A stretch of DNA of 61,532 nucleotides, counting the filler, from Sphacelaria rigidula (Eukaryota): NCBI GenBank assembly GCA_964200075.2. It is 8 parts of 8 records of this genome, joined end to end, with 100 filler letters (N's around TTAATTAATTAA, not from the genome) between each part and the next. Parts side by side here need not be neighbours in the genome. Positions count along the whole stretch, not along the records: positions 7,705 to 15,308 come from CAXNAA020014128.1; positions 15,409 to 23,012 come from CAXNAA020014129.1; positions 23,113 to 30,716 come from CAXNAA020014130.1; 5 more parts are not named here. One strand, 5' to 3'. A program made the translations under genes and the position numbers. Below the pieces are notes generated by a model. That model saw only the letters and a list, made by a program, of their open reading frames with translations, did not search any database and was not told the origin of the DNA. Shown one piece after another: positions 13,169 to 26,329 of the stretch. Within the stretch, counting starts at the first letter, position 1. The number at the start of each line of letters is the position of its first letter.

Positions 13169-14590
13169 CTACTTGTCACCGTCCAAGTTCATCAAAAAAC
13201 GTATGTGCCTCGTAAACAGGCTGATCGAAAGAGGCTTCGTCAAAATATCTGCATGCTGCCATCCTGAGCCTACCTGTACAACCCTGACCTTTCCCGTTCC
13301 CACCAGCTCTCGAATGAAGTGATATCTCCCGTCTATGTGCTTACTCCTCTCGGAACTGAGAGGATTTTCGGCCAGAGCTTTTGCTCTCTCGTTGTCCTCG
13401 TACAAAAAAATACCCTGGTTCTCCCCGCTCCCCGACACAGTCTGCGGTCGCAAGAACGTCAGCACTGCCTTCACGAACAATCCCTCCTTTGCCCCCTCGG
13501 CCGCTGTAACATACTCTGCCTCCGTAGTTGACAGAGTTACGCAGTGTTGCGTGCGGCTCGTTGCCGATACTACCACACCACCGTACATCACGGCTACCCC
13601 TGAAACCGAACGCCTATCCGTTTTCTTCTTGGCGTAATCTGCATCGCAGTAGACTGAGAGCCCATCATGAGCTTTCTTGAACGTAAGTCTTAACTTCTTC
13701 ATCTCAGTTAGATACTTCAGAACTTTCATAACAGCTTCCAGTGCCTCTCGCATGAGTCATGCGACTGGCGAGCAAGCGCTCGTACCGAATTCGCGATATC
13801 GGGTCTGGTGACTGTTGCCAGCCACATCAACCCCCCACTGCGTTACGGTATGAGCGTTTCACCTTTTTATCTTCGCCCGTTGTCGGCCCCACCTTTACAG
13901 AAACAGAGGCAGGGATTTCCGAGTACCCCCTCACCTCAAAACGCTTCAGGAGTGTGTCCGTGAACGTGGTTTACGTCACAGACAGCGTGCCTCTATCCCA
14001 GTCTCTATCCACGGCGCATCCCATGTACCAGGTGACCTCTCCGAGATTGTTCGTGGGGAACGTCTTGTTAAGGATTTGGCCCACCTTTCCTACGTATTCC
14101 TCAGGACCACTGATGAGGATGTCGTCCACATGGACAACTAAAATCTCACGTACTTCTCCTGCATCCTCCATCTTAAAAACACATGGATCAGCTTCGCACT
14201 GCACCATCACGACATCCTCCAGAAAAGTTTGACACAGGAGACGAGACCACTGCCTGCCTGCTTGCTTGATCCCGTAAATAGATTTTTCAATCTTTACGGT
14301 CACGTCTGTCAAAACGGAGCAATCTTCAGGCAACTCATGAATACATCGGTATCCATTTCTGCTTGATAAAAAGCCTGTGTCACATCAAAATGGTACAGCG
14401 GCCACTCTTCCTGAACTGCCACTGCCATGACCAGTTTGATAGAGGCCATGGGGGGCGTTGCCGCGAAAGTCTCGAAATAGTCGACTGCAAAGCGTTGTCC
14501 AAATCCTCGCGCTACCAACCTTGCCTTTGCCTTCGTTATAGTACCGTCTGCGTCAGTCTTCCAACTAAAAACCCACTTCGCCGAAATCAC
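13169..14590 (-). pseudogene. Copia pol RT/RNase H pseudogene with frameshifts and an in-frame stop
   Basis: ORF pieces 14309-14590, 13971-14333 and 13169-13753 are consecutive parts of one pol polyprotein split by frameshifts and a stop. Confidence 0.9.
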
Positions 14591-15408
14591 GTTTGCTGCT
14601 TCCGGTACAGGGCCAGTCGAAAATGTTTCAGCCTCTTCGTGACCTCCTAGCTCGGCCTGTATCGCGCCTAACTATGCCTCTCGAAATTCTGACTTGGCAA
14701 TGCCATCCATACTGGTTGGTGCTGCCTCTATTTCGCTTACGTGTAGGCCAACAGGTGAACGCAAACCGAATTCAGGCTGCCCTACCCTGTTATCATCAGC
14801 GACAAAACAAAAAAACTCGTTTTCAGCTAACTCGTGTTGAGTCGAAACGATTGCGTCTTGCCTAGCCACCTGTCCTGCTGCCGCGGTGATCAGCTCCATG
14901 GTTGAGCATTTGTCCTCCGTCGTTCCCGCGAGCGCCATCTCCGCTTCCGTCTTGCTTTCCTCCGCTCCGCCAGCCACCAGCGTTTCGTCTTGTGCGTGTA
15001 CCGAACCCATTGCCTCGCGCGTTTGGCTCCTCGTACGCCCCGCCCTTGGTGTTGGTAACCGGTCAGCCCACGCAAGACGGCGTTGCTCGGTCCTCGGGAG
15101 TTGAGGAGCGTCGCCGCCCCCCCCGCCATCTTGCGAGGGACCCGTGGAAGAGGGTGACAGTGCGGGCGACGAGGCAGTGTCCGATGCCGATGTGAGCGTT
15201 GGCATAGGTGTCGGCATCTGCGCTGATGTTGGCGTTGTGATGATGATGATTCCGGCTCCATCTCACCCCCTCCGTTGACAAAATCTGGAACGGGGATCTC
15301 TGGTCTCANNNNNNNNNNNNNNNNNNNNNNNNNNNNNNNNNNNNNNNNNNNNTTAATTAATTAANNNNNNNNNNNNNNNNNNNNNNNNNNNNNNNNNNNN
15401 NNNNNNNN

Positions 15409-16614
15409 AGCTGGGCCAGCCTAAAAACGGATGTAAGCTCTAAAAGCGATATCTCAACGACACAGACGAGTTGGGCCGTGATCCGCATATCGTATCAATT
15501 GTCTAATCAAGGGGAAGGTGCCCATCTGCTCAAAAATCTGGGCCAATTTTTTCTCGTCGAGTATATCCCATGTGTAGTAATTCCTATATCTAGCGGAGAT
15601 AGCATCCACACTATAATCTAGATGAAACCCCGAACGATCGATCAAGCGGATGATGACGATTTTTGGTGTGCACCTTCCCTGACGCACGGGGAGACGATAG
15701 ATACACTCACTTTCACCTAATTCGTAATATATCACGAGAAATGGCGCACATAAGGTTCCATACTAAAAGAAGTATATTACGAGCAGAGGCATTAGATGAC
15801 CTAAATCTGGATATCGCGTCTCAGTTTTTGAGAGTTGTGCTATGAAATTTGGTATCGAGAACCGCTAGTGCATAATGTAATAAAAAACACAGCTTTTGCG
15901 GGGGTTTTTTCTCATATTTTTTCGTGTTTTTAGGGGGGTTTTGAGGAGAAATGAACGTTACTCTTGGGCCTTATCTCGATTTTTCAGCTCAATTTTTAGA
16001 ATTGCGATGTGAAACTTGGTATGGAGAACGACAAAGGTATGCTGAGTAAAAAAAATAAGGGTCTTCATTTTTTTTCTTTTCATGAGAGGTTCGGGCGTTC
16101 TCGTAAAAAAATGATCGTTACCATACTAAAACGCCCTCAATCAGTGAAACAAAATAATGAAACCCAACCTCACCCATTTTTCTTGGTTCATCACGACCTA
16201 GCAAGGTCCCGCACAAAGTCTCAACCCACAAACACCGAACGTGAGCCGATAAACAGCCTGCAGAAGATTGTTCCGAATTTCCATCGCCTCGGTTTTTCAA
16301 AGGTAAATTCGCGATTTTTGTCTTGGAGTTGGAAAGTGAAATTTGGTATGGGCAATCAACAGGGCATGATAAAAAGCCGTCTGTGAGGTGCCGGCGATTT
16401 TTTTTTTCGTGAATTAAGGGCAAAAATCAGTTTTGAGGTTTTAGTAAAATGCCCTTAACTCAAGAGAAAAAAATAAAATCGTCGGGACCTCACAGACAGC
16501 TTCTCTTCATGCCCTGTTGATTGTTTATACCAAATTTCACTTTCCAACTCCAAGAAAAAAAAATTGCGAATTCGCCTGCAAAGTACAAATCCGCTTGTAG
16601 GCTGGCCCAGCCTG
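15409..16614. mobile_element. Non-autonomous TIR DNA transposon with an internal long inverted repeat; Tc1/mariner-like TA flank
   Basis: Left end gctgggccagcctaaaaacggat pairs with right end atccgcttgtaggctggcccagcctg|TA. The same right terminus followed by TA occurs at ~8313-8341. Confidence 0.65.
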
Positions 16615-16899
16615 TACTCACCTTATGATTTATTTGAGACGGAAACTGACTCTAGCTTGACTGCAACGATGGTTCAGATACGCTCCCCGTCGAATTACCC
16701 ACGGGACTGTCAGGCTCGTGTCTAAAAAAATACCAATGGTGTCCTTCTCAAAAAAGACCAATGGTGTCCTTCTCAACGTAGGAACATAACGATGAAATAA
16801 CAATTTTACCCGCGGATTGTGACACAATCATTGGTGCGCCATAAAATGAATCGCTCGTGCACTCTACACATCACACGAACACGAACATTGATAACGTTA

Positions 16900-17168
16900 A
16901 AGTTTGCAAGGGACGGGCGCTCGAATCACCAGATCTACGATCTATGGGACGTGATTGCTCGAAAGAAAAAAAAAAGTTGGCCAAGGATCGGAAACGCCTC
17001 TACGCCTTTTTTCTTTCTTTTTTGTCATATTCCACGTGCCTGGAATGCGCGTACCTTAACCTGAGGTGCAGCGCTCAAAGCAAAGCCCAATGATTGATTC
17101 GTACGGCACGAATCAATCACACTAAAATCAGTTGATTTTCAAAGGAATCATCACTCGTACGACCCCTG
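16900..17168 (+). repeat. Dispersed repeat family; other copies at ~22880-23012, ~30817-30930 (minus) and ~47850-48100
   Basis: Shared blocks gaatcaccaaatccacgatttct..gattgc, ccattccacgtgcctgg and gattcgtacgg.acgaatcaat.acacta.aatca occur on four contigs. Confidence 0.7.
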
Positions 17169-18789
17169 CAGGTATTTATTTTCATTTTCTTCTATTCTTT
17201 TGGTTTCTCGGGGATTCGTGTGAGAGAAGATAGGAATGGATCGTTCATTAGGGAGACAGTGATGAAAATTTAAAAAAATCAAGTCTGCTTTGGTGTGGTT
17301 TGTTCTGCTTACTTGCCCGCCGTCTTTGCTCGTATTTTGATGTAATCGGTTGAGAAAATATACCGCAGGGAAGATTACATGCATATCACGACGGTTGAAG
17401 CTTACCTTGTGCTCCTACAAACAGCCGTCTTGTGCGAAGTGCCTCCCAGCCGCACCCATGCAAAGGGGTCAACCGTGAACAAATCAGACCTTTTGAGCCC
17501 CGTGGCCTCGAGCACGGTGACCGACACAGAAAACGGACACGTCACGCCTGCGCTTGCTGCGTGTTTCGGGAAAACATAAAAAAATCAACCAGGTGTAACG
17601 TATTGGGGGCAAGGACAGGGGAGGTTGCAAATAGAATCGCCGTCATACGTACAATCAAGAACTGTGGTTCGAAGTTGTCATATGTGTTTACATTAATATA
17701 GAGAGAGACATGGGCAGCTGCTGTGAGATCTGTCATTTGGACGCACAGCTCAACCGAGAATCTTGAGCACGGAAGGAGGACTATATGTGCCAACCATGGG
17801 CCTTACTGCACAAGTCACTCTGCGCTGTGACACGGCGTGTGCATGTAGGTGTCGCAACATGGTTTCAAAGAGAAGTGCATGGTTAGCAGCTTGTGCCGCA
17901 GTCCAAGGAGTGAGACGCAGAGGCTTGCAGCTCAGGGAGGCATCGCATCACGGTCGTTGTATGCCGACGTATTCTTGGACCAAGACTTCAACGCATTTGA
18001 AAAATGAAGGAGAGATAGGACGACACCCGCATGATCAACATACTCCACATCAGTCTCCACTTCCAACACATGCTCCAATTTAGTCTTCCAAACGGACGTC
18101 AGTCCCAACTGCAAAATACCTATATTTCCAATCGTTGAAAAACATTTGCCTCCACGTAGAAAATACAATGCCAGATACCAATAATCGACGAAGAACATGC
18201 TTGAACTTGAACTGTTATTTTCAACCTGAACGGCGTACGGGTCTATACGGAGGTCAAAAATGTTCCAAGAACAACATCTGGAGCAAGACAAAAACAACGC
18301 TGAGTTACAAAGATAGTCTGGAAACATTTGCGCTTTCGAGATTTTGATAACGAAAAGCTCGTGGTCGTAGCTGGTGTTGGGGTCCGACACTATTTGTTTG
18401 GTTTTGAAGCTTTTTGCTCTTCAAAGTCTCGCTACGGACTTGCGACCGATCTTGTGTGGCTCGTACTCGAGGCTACGTCCTACTGCTTTTTGACCGTTCA
18501 GCAGGTAAAGTTCACGTGTGTTTCAGCGTGCTCGACAAAAGGCAGCTCCTCAGTACAAGGCTACCTTTTGCCGGGCACAAAATTGCTACAGGGACCTGCG
18601 ATATGAGCCATTTTCGGGAGAGTGAGACGGACGCCACAGCTACAGTGTTTACACACTACTAATTAGTAGTAGCGTATCGGTAACTCTTGCCTCCTCACTC
18701 CATACTATTAGTCAGTAAGTAGCCTAATTCTTGCTCCTCTGCAAAATGTCCCGCATAAAGGAGTCCGACGGACGTGGTTCGTCTAGGGT

Positions 18790-19370
18790 GTAGGAGTCAA
18801 CGATGCACACGATAGGATAACTGCGGCGAAGAACACGGGTAAATGACATATTGGAGTCGAAAAAGGAGCGAAAGAGTATGAGGACACGTGGCGATGCGCG
18901 GACGACCGAGAATAAGACCGCCGGCAAAAGCGAGAGGCTGCTGCGTCGAGGGCCGCCAATCGAAGTATTTTTTCTGCGTATATCGCCTGTTGATCATGTC
19001 CTTAGTCGGTGGCTCTGCGGTGCCCACTGGTGTGTGTCTGTATCTACTCTACTACCCTGAATCCCTTGGGCTTTTCCCCTCTTTTTTTTAATTATGTTAT
19101 TCAATTTTTGTTTTGTTTTTTCTTCTCCTTTTTTTTTTTTTGTTAGGTCGGTCATCTCTTTCTGTACTCTGCTTTTGTTGATTTTCTTCTTTCTTCATTT
19201 CTTTTTCTTGTGCGTCTTGTTCTACAATGTCGTTCTGTTCGACTTTTTTCTGCTCCTTCGTTTTGTTGAACGAGTGTTACAGTTTTGGTTTTGTTGGGTA
19301 CGTACGTCTATCATGCGACCACGACTGGACCCATGGGTGGTCAGTTGAAGTGCGACAATCAATCAATCAA
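18790..19370 (+). mobile_element. 5'-truncated non-LTR retrotransposon (RTE-like LINE) 3' end
   Basis: Decayed ORF end (ITAAKNTGK*HIGVEKGAKEYEDTWRCAD), long T-rich 3' UTR, and terminal gtgcgacaatcaatcaatcaa tail. Related termini occur at ~49010-49070, ~50710-50790 and ~35280-35357. Confidence 0.55.
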
Positions 19371-19978
19371 CATCGATCTGTAAAACTGTAGGCCATCCAT
19401 GTGACCATGTGACCATTTGCACAATTGATCATGATTCTCAAGACAGAAAGTTTCACCCATTTTCATCTCACAAGAAAGCATAGGGCAGCTGAATAGCTCA
19501 GCACACAAGGCATTGACATCTCTTCACGTGCGTGCATCGTCTTGTTTTCTCGCACAAACACTACTGGAGAAGACTCCACCAACACCTCCCTCACGAGAAT
19601 GTGATTGGATCATGACCCTGCTTCGTCCCACTACTCTCATGCTTAATCAACCTTTTTCTTGTAGGGCAGGGGGCGGGGGGTGGGATTCATGATCTTCCAT
19701 GCCGTAATCATATGACTCTTGACTTCTTATCCCTACAAAGCCGGGACGGAGCAGGCTCGGATTTCCCCCGATTTAAGCAAAAAGCACGTGATGTGCACGC
19801 TGACGAGCGCACGCGACTGTCAGCCCACGAAAGATTCGAATCTCAGCGTTCACACCATATCCTGGACTATTTCGACGGCGGACTCACGTAAACCCTGGTG
19901 GGAGGGGGGTTGGCATTTGGGCTTCGCATTCTTTAGGCTCCAATGCGTCAAAAAATCGAACAAGGTTTTCCCAACAAT

Positions 19979-21797
19979 TCATTTTTGGGCTGCGGCCGCT
20001 GATTCCACCCCACCTGCTGCTCCGCCCGTAAGACCCTTGTCCGACGGAACGCCGGGTTGCGGATCGACAAACGTGATCGCGCGGTGCAAGTGCTGGTACC
20101 TGGACAGACACGGTGGCCGACACCGATCAACAGACAGCAAAAAAAAGGGGGGGGGGACGCACCGAAGCTAAAACAAAGTCTTCGCAACGACGACCAGAAT
20201 GCGGCTTTTTTTGTTTTGGCTAGTATATCGCAAGATATTGAGACACGCCGATAAACTAGTTCGGTCGATCTCCGATCCTCACGCGCACACACCAGCGTAG
20301 ATTCTTCTCTCACAAGCATTACGGATCAAAACGTAAAGGCGGCATATCCATCGCCATTTTAACGATCATTATCACCCCTCCACACCGTTCACCTCCGCTC
20401 CCCAAACATCGACGAACCTGACGAGCGTCTCGATAGCCTCCTTGACACCCATGCCCAACGTATCCACAGCCTCCGCCGACACCCCCTGTCCTTCCCGCGC
20501 GGCAACCGAAGCAAGCATCATACCAGGCCTCACAGTCGCCGAATCCGTAGCCGTTACAAGGGGGGACACAGTCGCCCGAACCCCCCCACCTGCAGGCGAG
20601 GTGGCCGGAGAATTCCCCTCATCGCTGGCGCCAGCGCCAGATCCGTCTCCCACCCCTCCAACGCCCAAGCCGCCACCCCGCGGCGTGCTGAGGCTGTAGT
20701 TTAAGGCATAGCGGCTGCTGGTGCTTGTGCCTCCGCTACGTTGGTTGAGGGCGGGATTGTGTTTAATGGCGAGCCCGGTCAGGAGGCGTTTCGCGCGTTC
20801 GCGTCTCGTTAGCTTCGGTCCCGCCGCCATTTTGCCGGCAGAGGATTTGGCGTGCGCGGGTGTGCTGAGATCGCCTCCACCCCCGGGCAGTGCGAGGGCT
20901 GTCTCGGTGGGGGTAGGTGCTGTCGTTGTCCCTGTGGGTCCGTTTTGCTGCGTTTGATGGGGAGGGGATAGGCGATCCACGAGATGAGGGGGGTGGGTTA
21001 TATCGCGATGACGCGGCTTTTTTCGGGGTATTTATGATGGAAGCAATTCACAGCACAGGTTCTGGTCTCACCATGAATGATACCAGCAGGCATCGAACCT
21101 ACGAGAGAGCTATACTGTGGTGCACTACTTGTTGTCATAATTAATTCCTGCGGCAAACAGCTCGACCGTGACGCGCGTGCTTCGTTCGCCTAGGGAGCGT
21201 GTACGGGCACCGCCTTGCCGCTACCCGACACCGACATGCTGAAAAGTAAAACTACCAGGCCTGATGACCACCGGGAACTATATTTCGTATCGAGCACAGC
21301 TTCTGTGAATAATAGTGCAAGGCGCCTTCACTCCTCTTTCTGGCATTGTAGTCACAGGCAGGGTGGAATATGGACTCACCCCCTGTACTTCCAGCACTAC
21401 GGGGCGATCGCCGACCTCGCCGTCAAGCACTACTCCCAAAGGTCCAGGCGGCACTGTCACCTGCAACACCAACACACGAAGGCAAACATACATCACCACA
21501 GATATAACCATGACAGAAGCAAGCACATCAGAAAAGACAGACGGTAAAATACTCGACCAAGACAAAATGAGCCAACAACAACAAGGATGACAGGGACAAC
21601 CGCCGAAGAATACAGGGGCATCAAGTAAATCAAGACCGATCTGAGCCGTTGAAGAAAAACAAGCACACCACACATCACGAGTACCGACAGCTGTACACCG
21701 ATTGATTTGCGTACATTATTCGTCGGACAAACGCACAGCCAGACAGCGCAGAACACAACACAAAACGTTTAGAAGTAGTATATACTTTCATCTGGGG

Positions 21798-21867
<70 letters not shown>

Positions 21868-22553
21868 AAAGCCGACGGATGAAATCAGGACAACGGCCGC
21901 GAACCACTCATGGAAACTGAAAACACCCGCAACTGCATTGCGGCAGCAAGAAACAAAAACATGCAGTAGATCTTGACAAATCGCAAAACGTGATGTTGTG
22001 ATCCTTTGGCATCTCCTTTGTATGACACAACAGCAACAGTAGCAGTAGCCGCAGCAGCAACAACAACAGCGCAAGTTGAGAGATGGATCACAAGTCCCTC
22101 GTGTTCCCCATCCCGTATCCCCGGTGTAACGGATCAGTTTGTCGATCTCACCCTCACAAAAGAAAAACTCCACACGACGAACGAGTGGATTAGCGCGAGA
22201 TCAACAAAACGAACAAATATCTGAAGACGTGAATACCAACAACTAACCGCTCACTATAAATCTCTCGAGGTCCCTTTCATTGTCCAAGACAAACTTTGAT
22301 CATTTTGGTGAAAAACGTTCATCCCAATATTTCATCTCACCGTAGCTTGGACCCTCGCCCACACTTTCGAGTCCGGCACAATCATGCCGTCTTCCATAGG
22401 AGCAGGATGCACAATATTTCTGTCCTTGACCGAAAACACTTCCTTCACCAGACTGTCGGGGGGTATGGGATGGAAAGCGTTCTCCTCCTCTTCCACACCC
22501 CCCCCCGCCTGCGCCGCAGCCTGGAAAATGTTCCTCGGATGAAGCTCGATAAC
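19979..22553 (-). CDS. 3' part of a spliced gene encoding a PDZ-like domain with a large low-complexity insertion. Exons 22341-22553, 21380-21460, 20418-20947, 19979-20099; 5' partial.
   Basis: Canonical splice sites with matching phases 0, 0 and 2. The joined protein reads ...WARVQAT|VTVPPGPLGVVLDGEVGDRPVVLEVQG|QNGP...SPLVTATDSATVRPGMMLASV...DTLGMGVKEAIETLVR|YQHLHRAITFVDP...AQK*. Confidence 0.75.
21798..21865. repeat. (CA)n microsatellite, intronic
   Basis: Uninterrupted CA run. Confidence 0.95.
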
Positions 22554-23599
22554 CTGTTGGAATACATTCAGTAGACAGAAGATGATGTAGAGAGGAGCAC
22601 ATTCTCGCATAATAATAAGTATGTCCACATGCGGAAAAATCTCCCCATCGTTGACCCACGGATTGAACCTCCGAGGTCTGTGGTGTCCATTAAACTGAGA
22701 GTAACATCACGTCCTCGCTCTCCTGCATATCCGCTGCTGTCTCTAGGGGTCACAATTGGTGACAACCATAGTTCCATTGTACAGGGTCGGAGCCCTGGCG
22801 TCTGAATCACCAGCAGACTTCCGCCGTTCACAACTCTCATATACTTTCAATATGGACCAGCCGGTTTTACATCACCGGGAAATCCACACGCAAATATATC
22901 ACGACTACGAATCACCAAATCCACGATTTCTTCGGCCTGATTGCCCAAAAGGGAGAAAAAAGTTGACCGCTGGTCCAAGGGGTATCCATCCACACAACTT
23001 TTGCGCCATTCCNNNNNNNNNNNNNNNNNNNNNNNNNNNNNNNNNNNNNNNNNNNNTTAATTAATTAANNNNNNNNNNNNNNNNNNNNNNNNNNNNNNNN
23101 NNNNNNNNNNNNTGCACTACTGAATTCTGCTCGCGCCCTGTTTGTTCTCTGTTCTCGCAATACCGACTGTGCCATCATGTACTACCACAAGGCATTATCA
23201 TGTACTGTAATGATGAAGTGTCCTGCACCGTATCACCCTGGGGCATTAAGGTACGGCACTGTACTCGAAGGATTATTCACCGCCTGCCTGCTCTTCGGCT
23301 TCATGCACGAGTAAGCAGTACCACACCCATGCAAAAAATGACCGTCTGTGTACAGAACCGTTTCATGAACCTGTGATACTGTACTGTCTGTGCCATAAAA
23401 CGGTCCCCCCGATTTTGAGTTCACGAATTTGAGTCCCCCCGATTTCTTCAAAATCGGGGTCCCAAAAATCGAGATTCGTTTGCCATAAAAGCGGGTCTAA
23501 CTGGCTGTACCGGAATGTCGCCTTCGGTACCAGGTATGCCGGCAAGGGCCCGTCGCACTACCCACTGCTCGCGCGACAGGAGCTTGATCTTCGACTGTC

Positions 23600-23735
23600 G
23601 ACCGTTTTGGAGCGGATAAGTTCACCTCCCAACCCTCATTTATATAGCGGACCATAAACGATACTTGCTTGCTGGGTTTCTTCGAGCGTTCATCCATAGC
23701 TGGGCAAAGATTGATGATGAGGCCTGCAGGATCCA
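23600..23735 (-). pseudogene. Possible relic of a hAT-type (ZMYM/ZBED-like) transposase
   Basis: Translation NLCPAMDERSKKPSKQVSFMVRYINEGWEV resembles the hAT first catalytic-Asp motif (S-x-x-x-DEStD...Q-x-S-x-x-VRY). The similarity is short. Confidence 0.35.
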
Positions 23736-24986
23736 TTGCACAGTCAGCGTGCTCGACTGACCCTGTACCCACTACAATCGTCATCAGACAGCAGGGTGAT
23801 GAAAAAAAAAAATCCAACGCACAGTTATGGGTGGAAGTGGAGGGCCTAACGACCAAAAATCAGCGGCAAACTAAAAAACATACGTGCGGAGGAATAATAA
23901 ACACGTCAGTAGGTGGTCCCATCTGTGCCGAGGCCCTCTCGAGCAGAACGCACGCTTCATCACTATAAACTTGGTTTACTATAGGACAGCTCTGGCACGG
24001 GAGATCGCGCGGTTCTCGACACAGGAGCCAAGCCAGCCCAAGGCACTTCACACCCCCCCGCATACACACAAGATCTAGGGGATTCTATTACACATTTTCC
24101 TGGCGTCGCGCCAGCAGCGAGAAATCCCCCTCCCAGTGCGTAAAAAACCTCATTTTTGTACGTTTGGGTTTGTTGCGGCTCAGTATCACGCTCGAACGAA
24201 AAAGTAAAATGGATTGACCTAGCTGGGGTGTGTGGGAAGCGCACGCAAGAAACTACAGTCCAATCCTCTGCTTCGTCGCCGAGTTCTACGCGTTGCGCGA
24301 TCGACACTTTTGGGTTGAGGATTAGTATCTAGCACTATTAGAGGTCCAACATCGCAAATTCGAAAAAATCGGTGCACATGTTGTTTTTTCTCGCCGCAAG
24401 TTGACACGACATGCAGTTTGGTTGCGTGTCGGCAGGCGCTGCTGCTTAGTTCTGTGCGGCTGTGCACAAAAGGCAATTTCGCCTCTCAACAGCGAGTATC
24501 CCTTCAAGTATCGAATTTCAGAGGGGGGGTTCACAGAAGAAAGTCAAAGCTAGCGGCTGCTTCATGTCAGAGCTCCAGTGCAGAAGCCGAGGCGTCTAGA
24601 GCGATTGTAGTACTTGCTCTGCCTTACATCTGCTGGCGACTGTTGTGATCATGTACTTAGTATTTGTCTGTATATATACTAATATAAGAGTGAGATGCAA
24701 ACTACGCAACGGTCGACAAGCTTCGTTTTGGGCTGCATATTCTTTTCTTGCAGCGAGCAGTGTGTGACGGTGTTACACTTTGTGGCGTGTCACCAGGTGC
24801 TGCTTCGTTCTGTACGGCTGTGCACAATGGGCAAATCAGCCTTGCAACAGCGACTACCCTTCATGTATTGAGTTGCAGAGGGCGACGGAACACACGAACT
24901 TCGGCTGTTAGATCTGAGGGTTCCAGCGGAGAAACCAGGGCGCCAAGGGCGATTTTTATTCTAGACTACACACTGAGTATGTCTGC

Positions 24987-26329
24987 CAGGGTTGCACATC
25001 CGATATTGATAATCGATACGATTTCGATAAATATCGGCGATATGCCATATCAGTATCGGAGCGTAGAAAACCGATATATGTGATATTTATCAATATCGAA
25101 TATCAATATCGAATACCGATACGCTCGATATATTTGTTTATTTTTCGTCACATTTGCTCATTTTTTCAAAACCGACGTCACAGGAAACGCAGGGGGGGGT
25201 TGTTTTTCCCGAGCGGCAGACCCCCAGTCCTAGAGCACTTGCGAGTATAGCTGTAGAGCGCTTGCACGGTGTGCAAATGGATGCAGTATCTATTCGTAGG
25301 ATAGGAGGCGACAGAGTACCCGCTGGTGCCTCGTGGGTTTGGTGATATGATTCAGCGGGGGTGGCTACCAACGGCAACATACGGGTGGTGTGGCGGAGTA
25401 GATATGAGGTCACGATCAATTCAAAGCTGTAGATAACAGTATGAAACAGCTGTCCTTCGGAGTATGAGCAGATGGTACCGTCGCTTCGCCTTTCCTTCAT
25501 GTTTGACGAGTGTTGGATTCCTTTTTCCCTCCATCCATTAGTCTGACATTCCAATTGTTGCAAGCCTAGTGGTTTTTTCTTCTTGGTTGGTGACACACAC
25601 ATATGTATATATATATATATATTGGCATCCCAAAATTCAAACTTGACGAATGCTGCCGACGTCTCTCGTTAATGGTAGTGAAAAACGTTGAAAAAAAAGA
25701 GCGCGCATTCGAGTTTGTTCATGTTCGAGGTTTGACACGTTTTCTTTTCTCACGAATGTGCAGAGTCGAGGTATGCATTCATTCGATCGAAACACACGGA
25801 ATTGTGGCGGCCGTAGAAATGAAAACAGTATAACCAATACCACACCCGACCCGCTATGATCAACTACCTCTTGCGCGATGACGAAATATATTCGTAGGAC
25901 AGCTGTATCACCGCATGCCACCGCTGCTATGATGTCAACTTGCACACTACCCGCTGCTGTACATCACGTGTCCACTGCTGTCCACTGGAAACTACCGTAA
26001 GTCACTCAAGATACCACACCCTCAGGAGCGATTTTCAAAGCTCGATTACTTTCTCTCGACGAGATGGTTGTAACGACGCCCAGTTCAGCCCTGGCATCGC
26101 TTCTGATGAGGAGTAAGTGGGCTTTGAAAATCTGTCTAGGGGATGCAGTATCTTATGCGACCTACAATAGTGAGTGAGGATGTCAGTGTGCCAGTGTACT
26201 GCCCGGTCTTGTACACTGCGGCCATACCAAAACAGCCGTATCGTATCGAATATCGATATCGGCGGTTGTGATTCAATATTCTAAGAATATATATCGAACT
26301 TTTTTTTCTCGGTCCGATATGCAACCCTG
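24987..26329. mobile_element. Non-autonomous hAT-superfamily element, copy 1
   Basis: TIR CAGGGTTGCACATCCGA / TCCGATATGCAACCCTG. Perfect 8-bp TSD ATGTCTGC at 24979-24986 and 26330-26337. Subterminal regions are rich in CGATA repeats. Confidence 0.9.

Larger units (their letters stand above)
12732..15308 (-). mobile_element. Decayed Ty1/copia LTR retrotransposon, 3' half (RT, RNase H, PPT, 3' LTR); cut by the contig end
   Basis: RT motifs KWVFSWKTDADG..KAKARLVARGFGQ..DYFETFA and LVVHVDDIL. RNase H motifs YCDADYA..RRSVSG..STTEAEY..EDN..SKHID..ADILTKPL. The frame is broken near 14335, 13971 and 13755. Confidence 0.95.

Noticed and set aside
17930..18600. Protein-like fragments (SLYADVFLDQDFNAFEK; DFDNEKLVVVAGVGVRHYLFG)
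   Set aside because: Interrupted by stops, with no consistent exon chain or family assignment.
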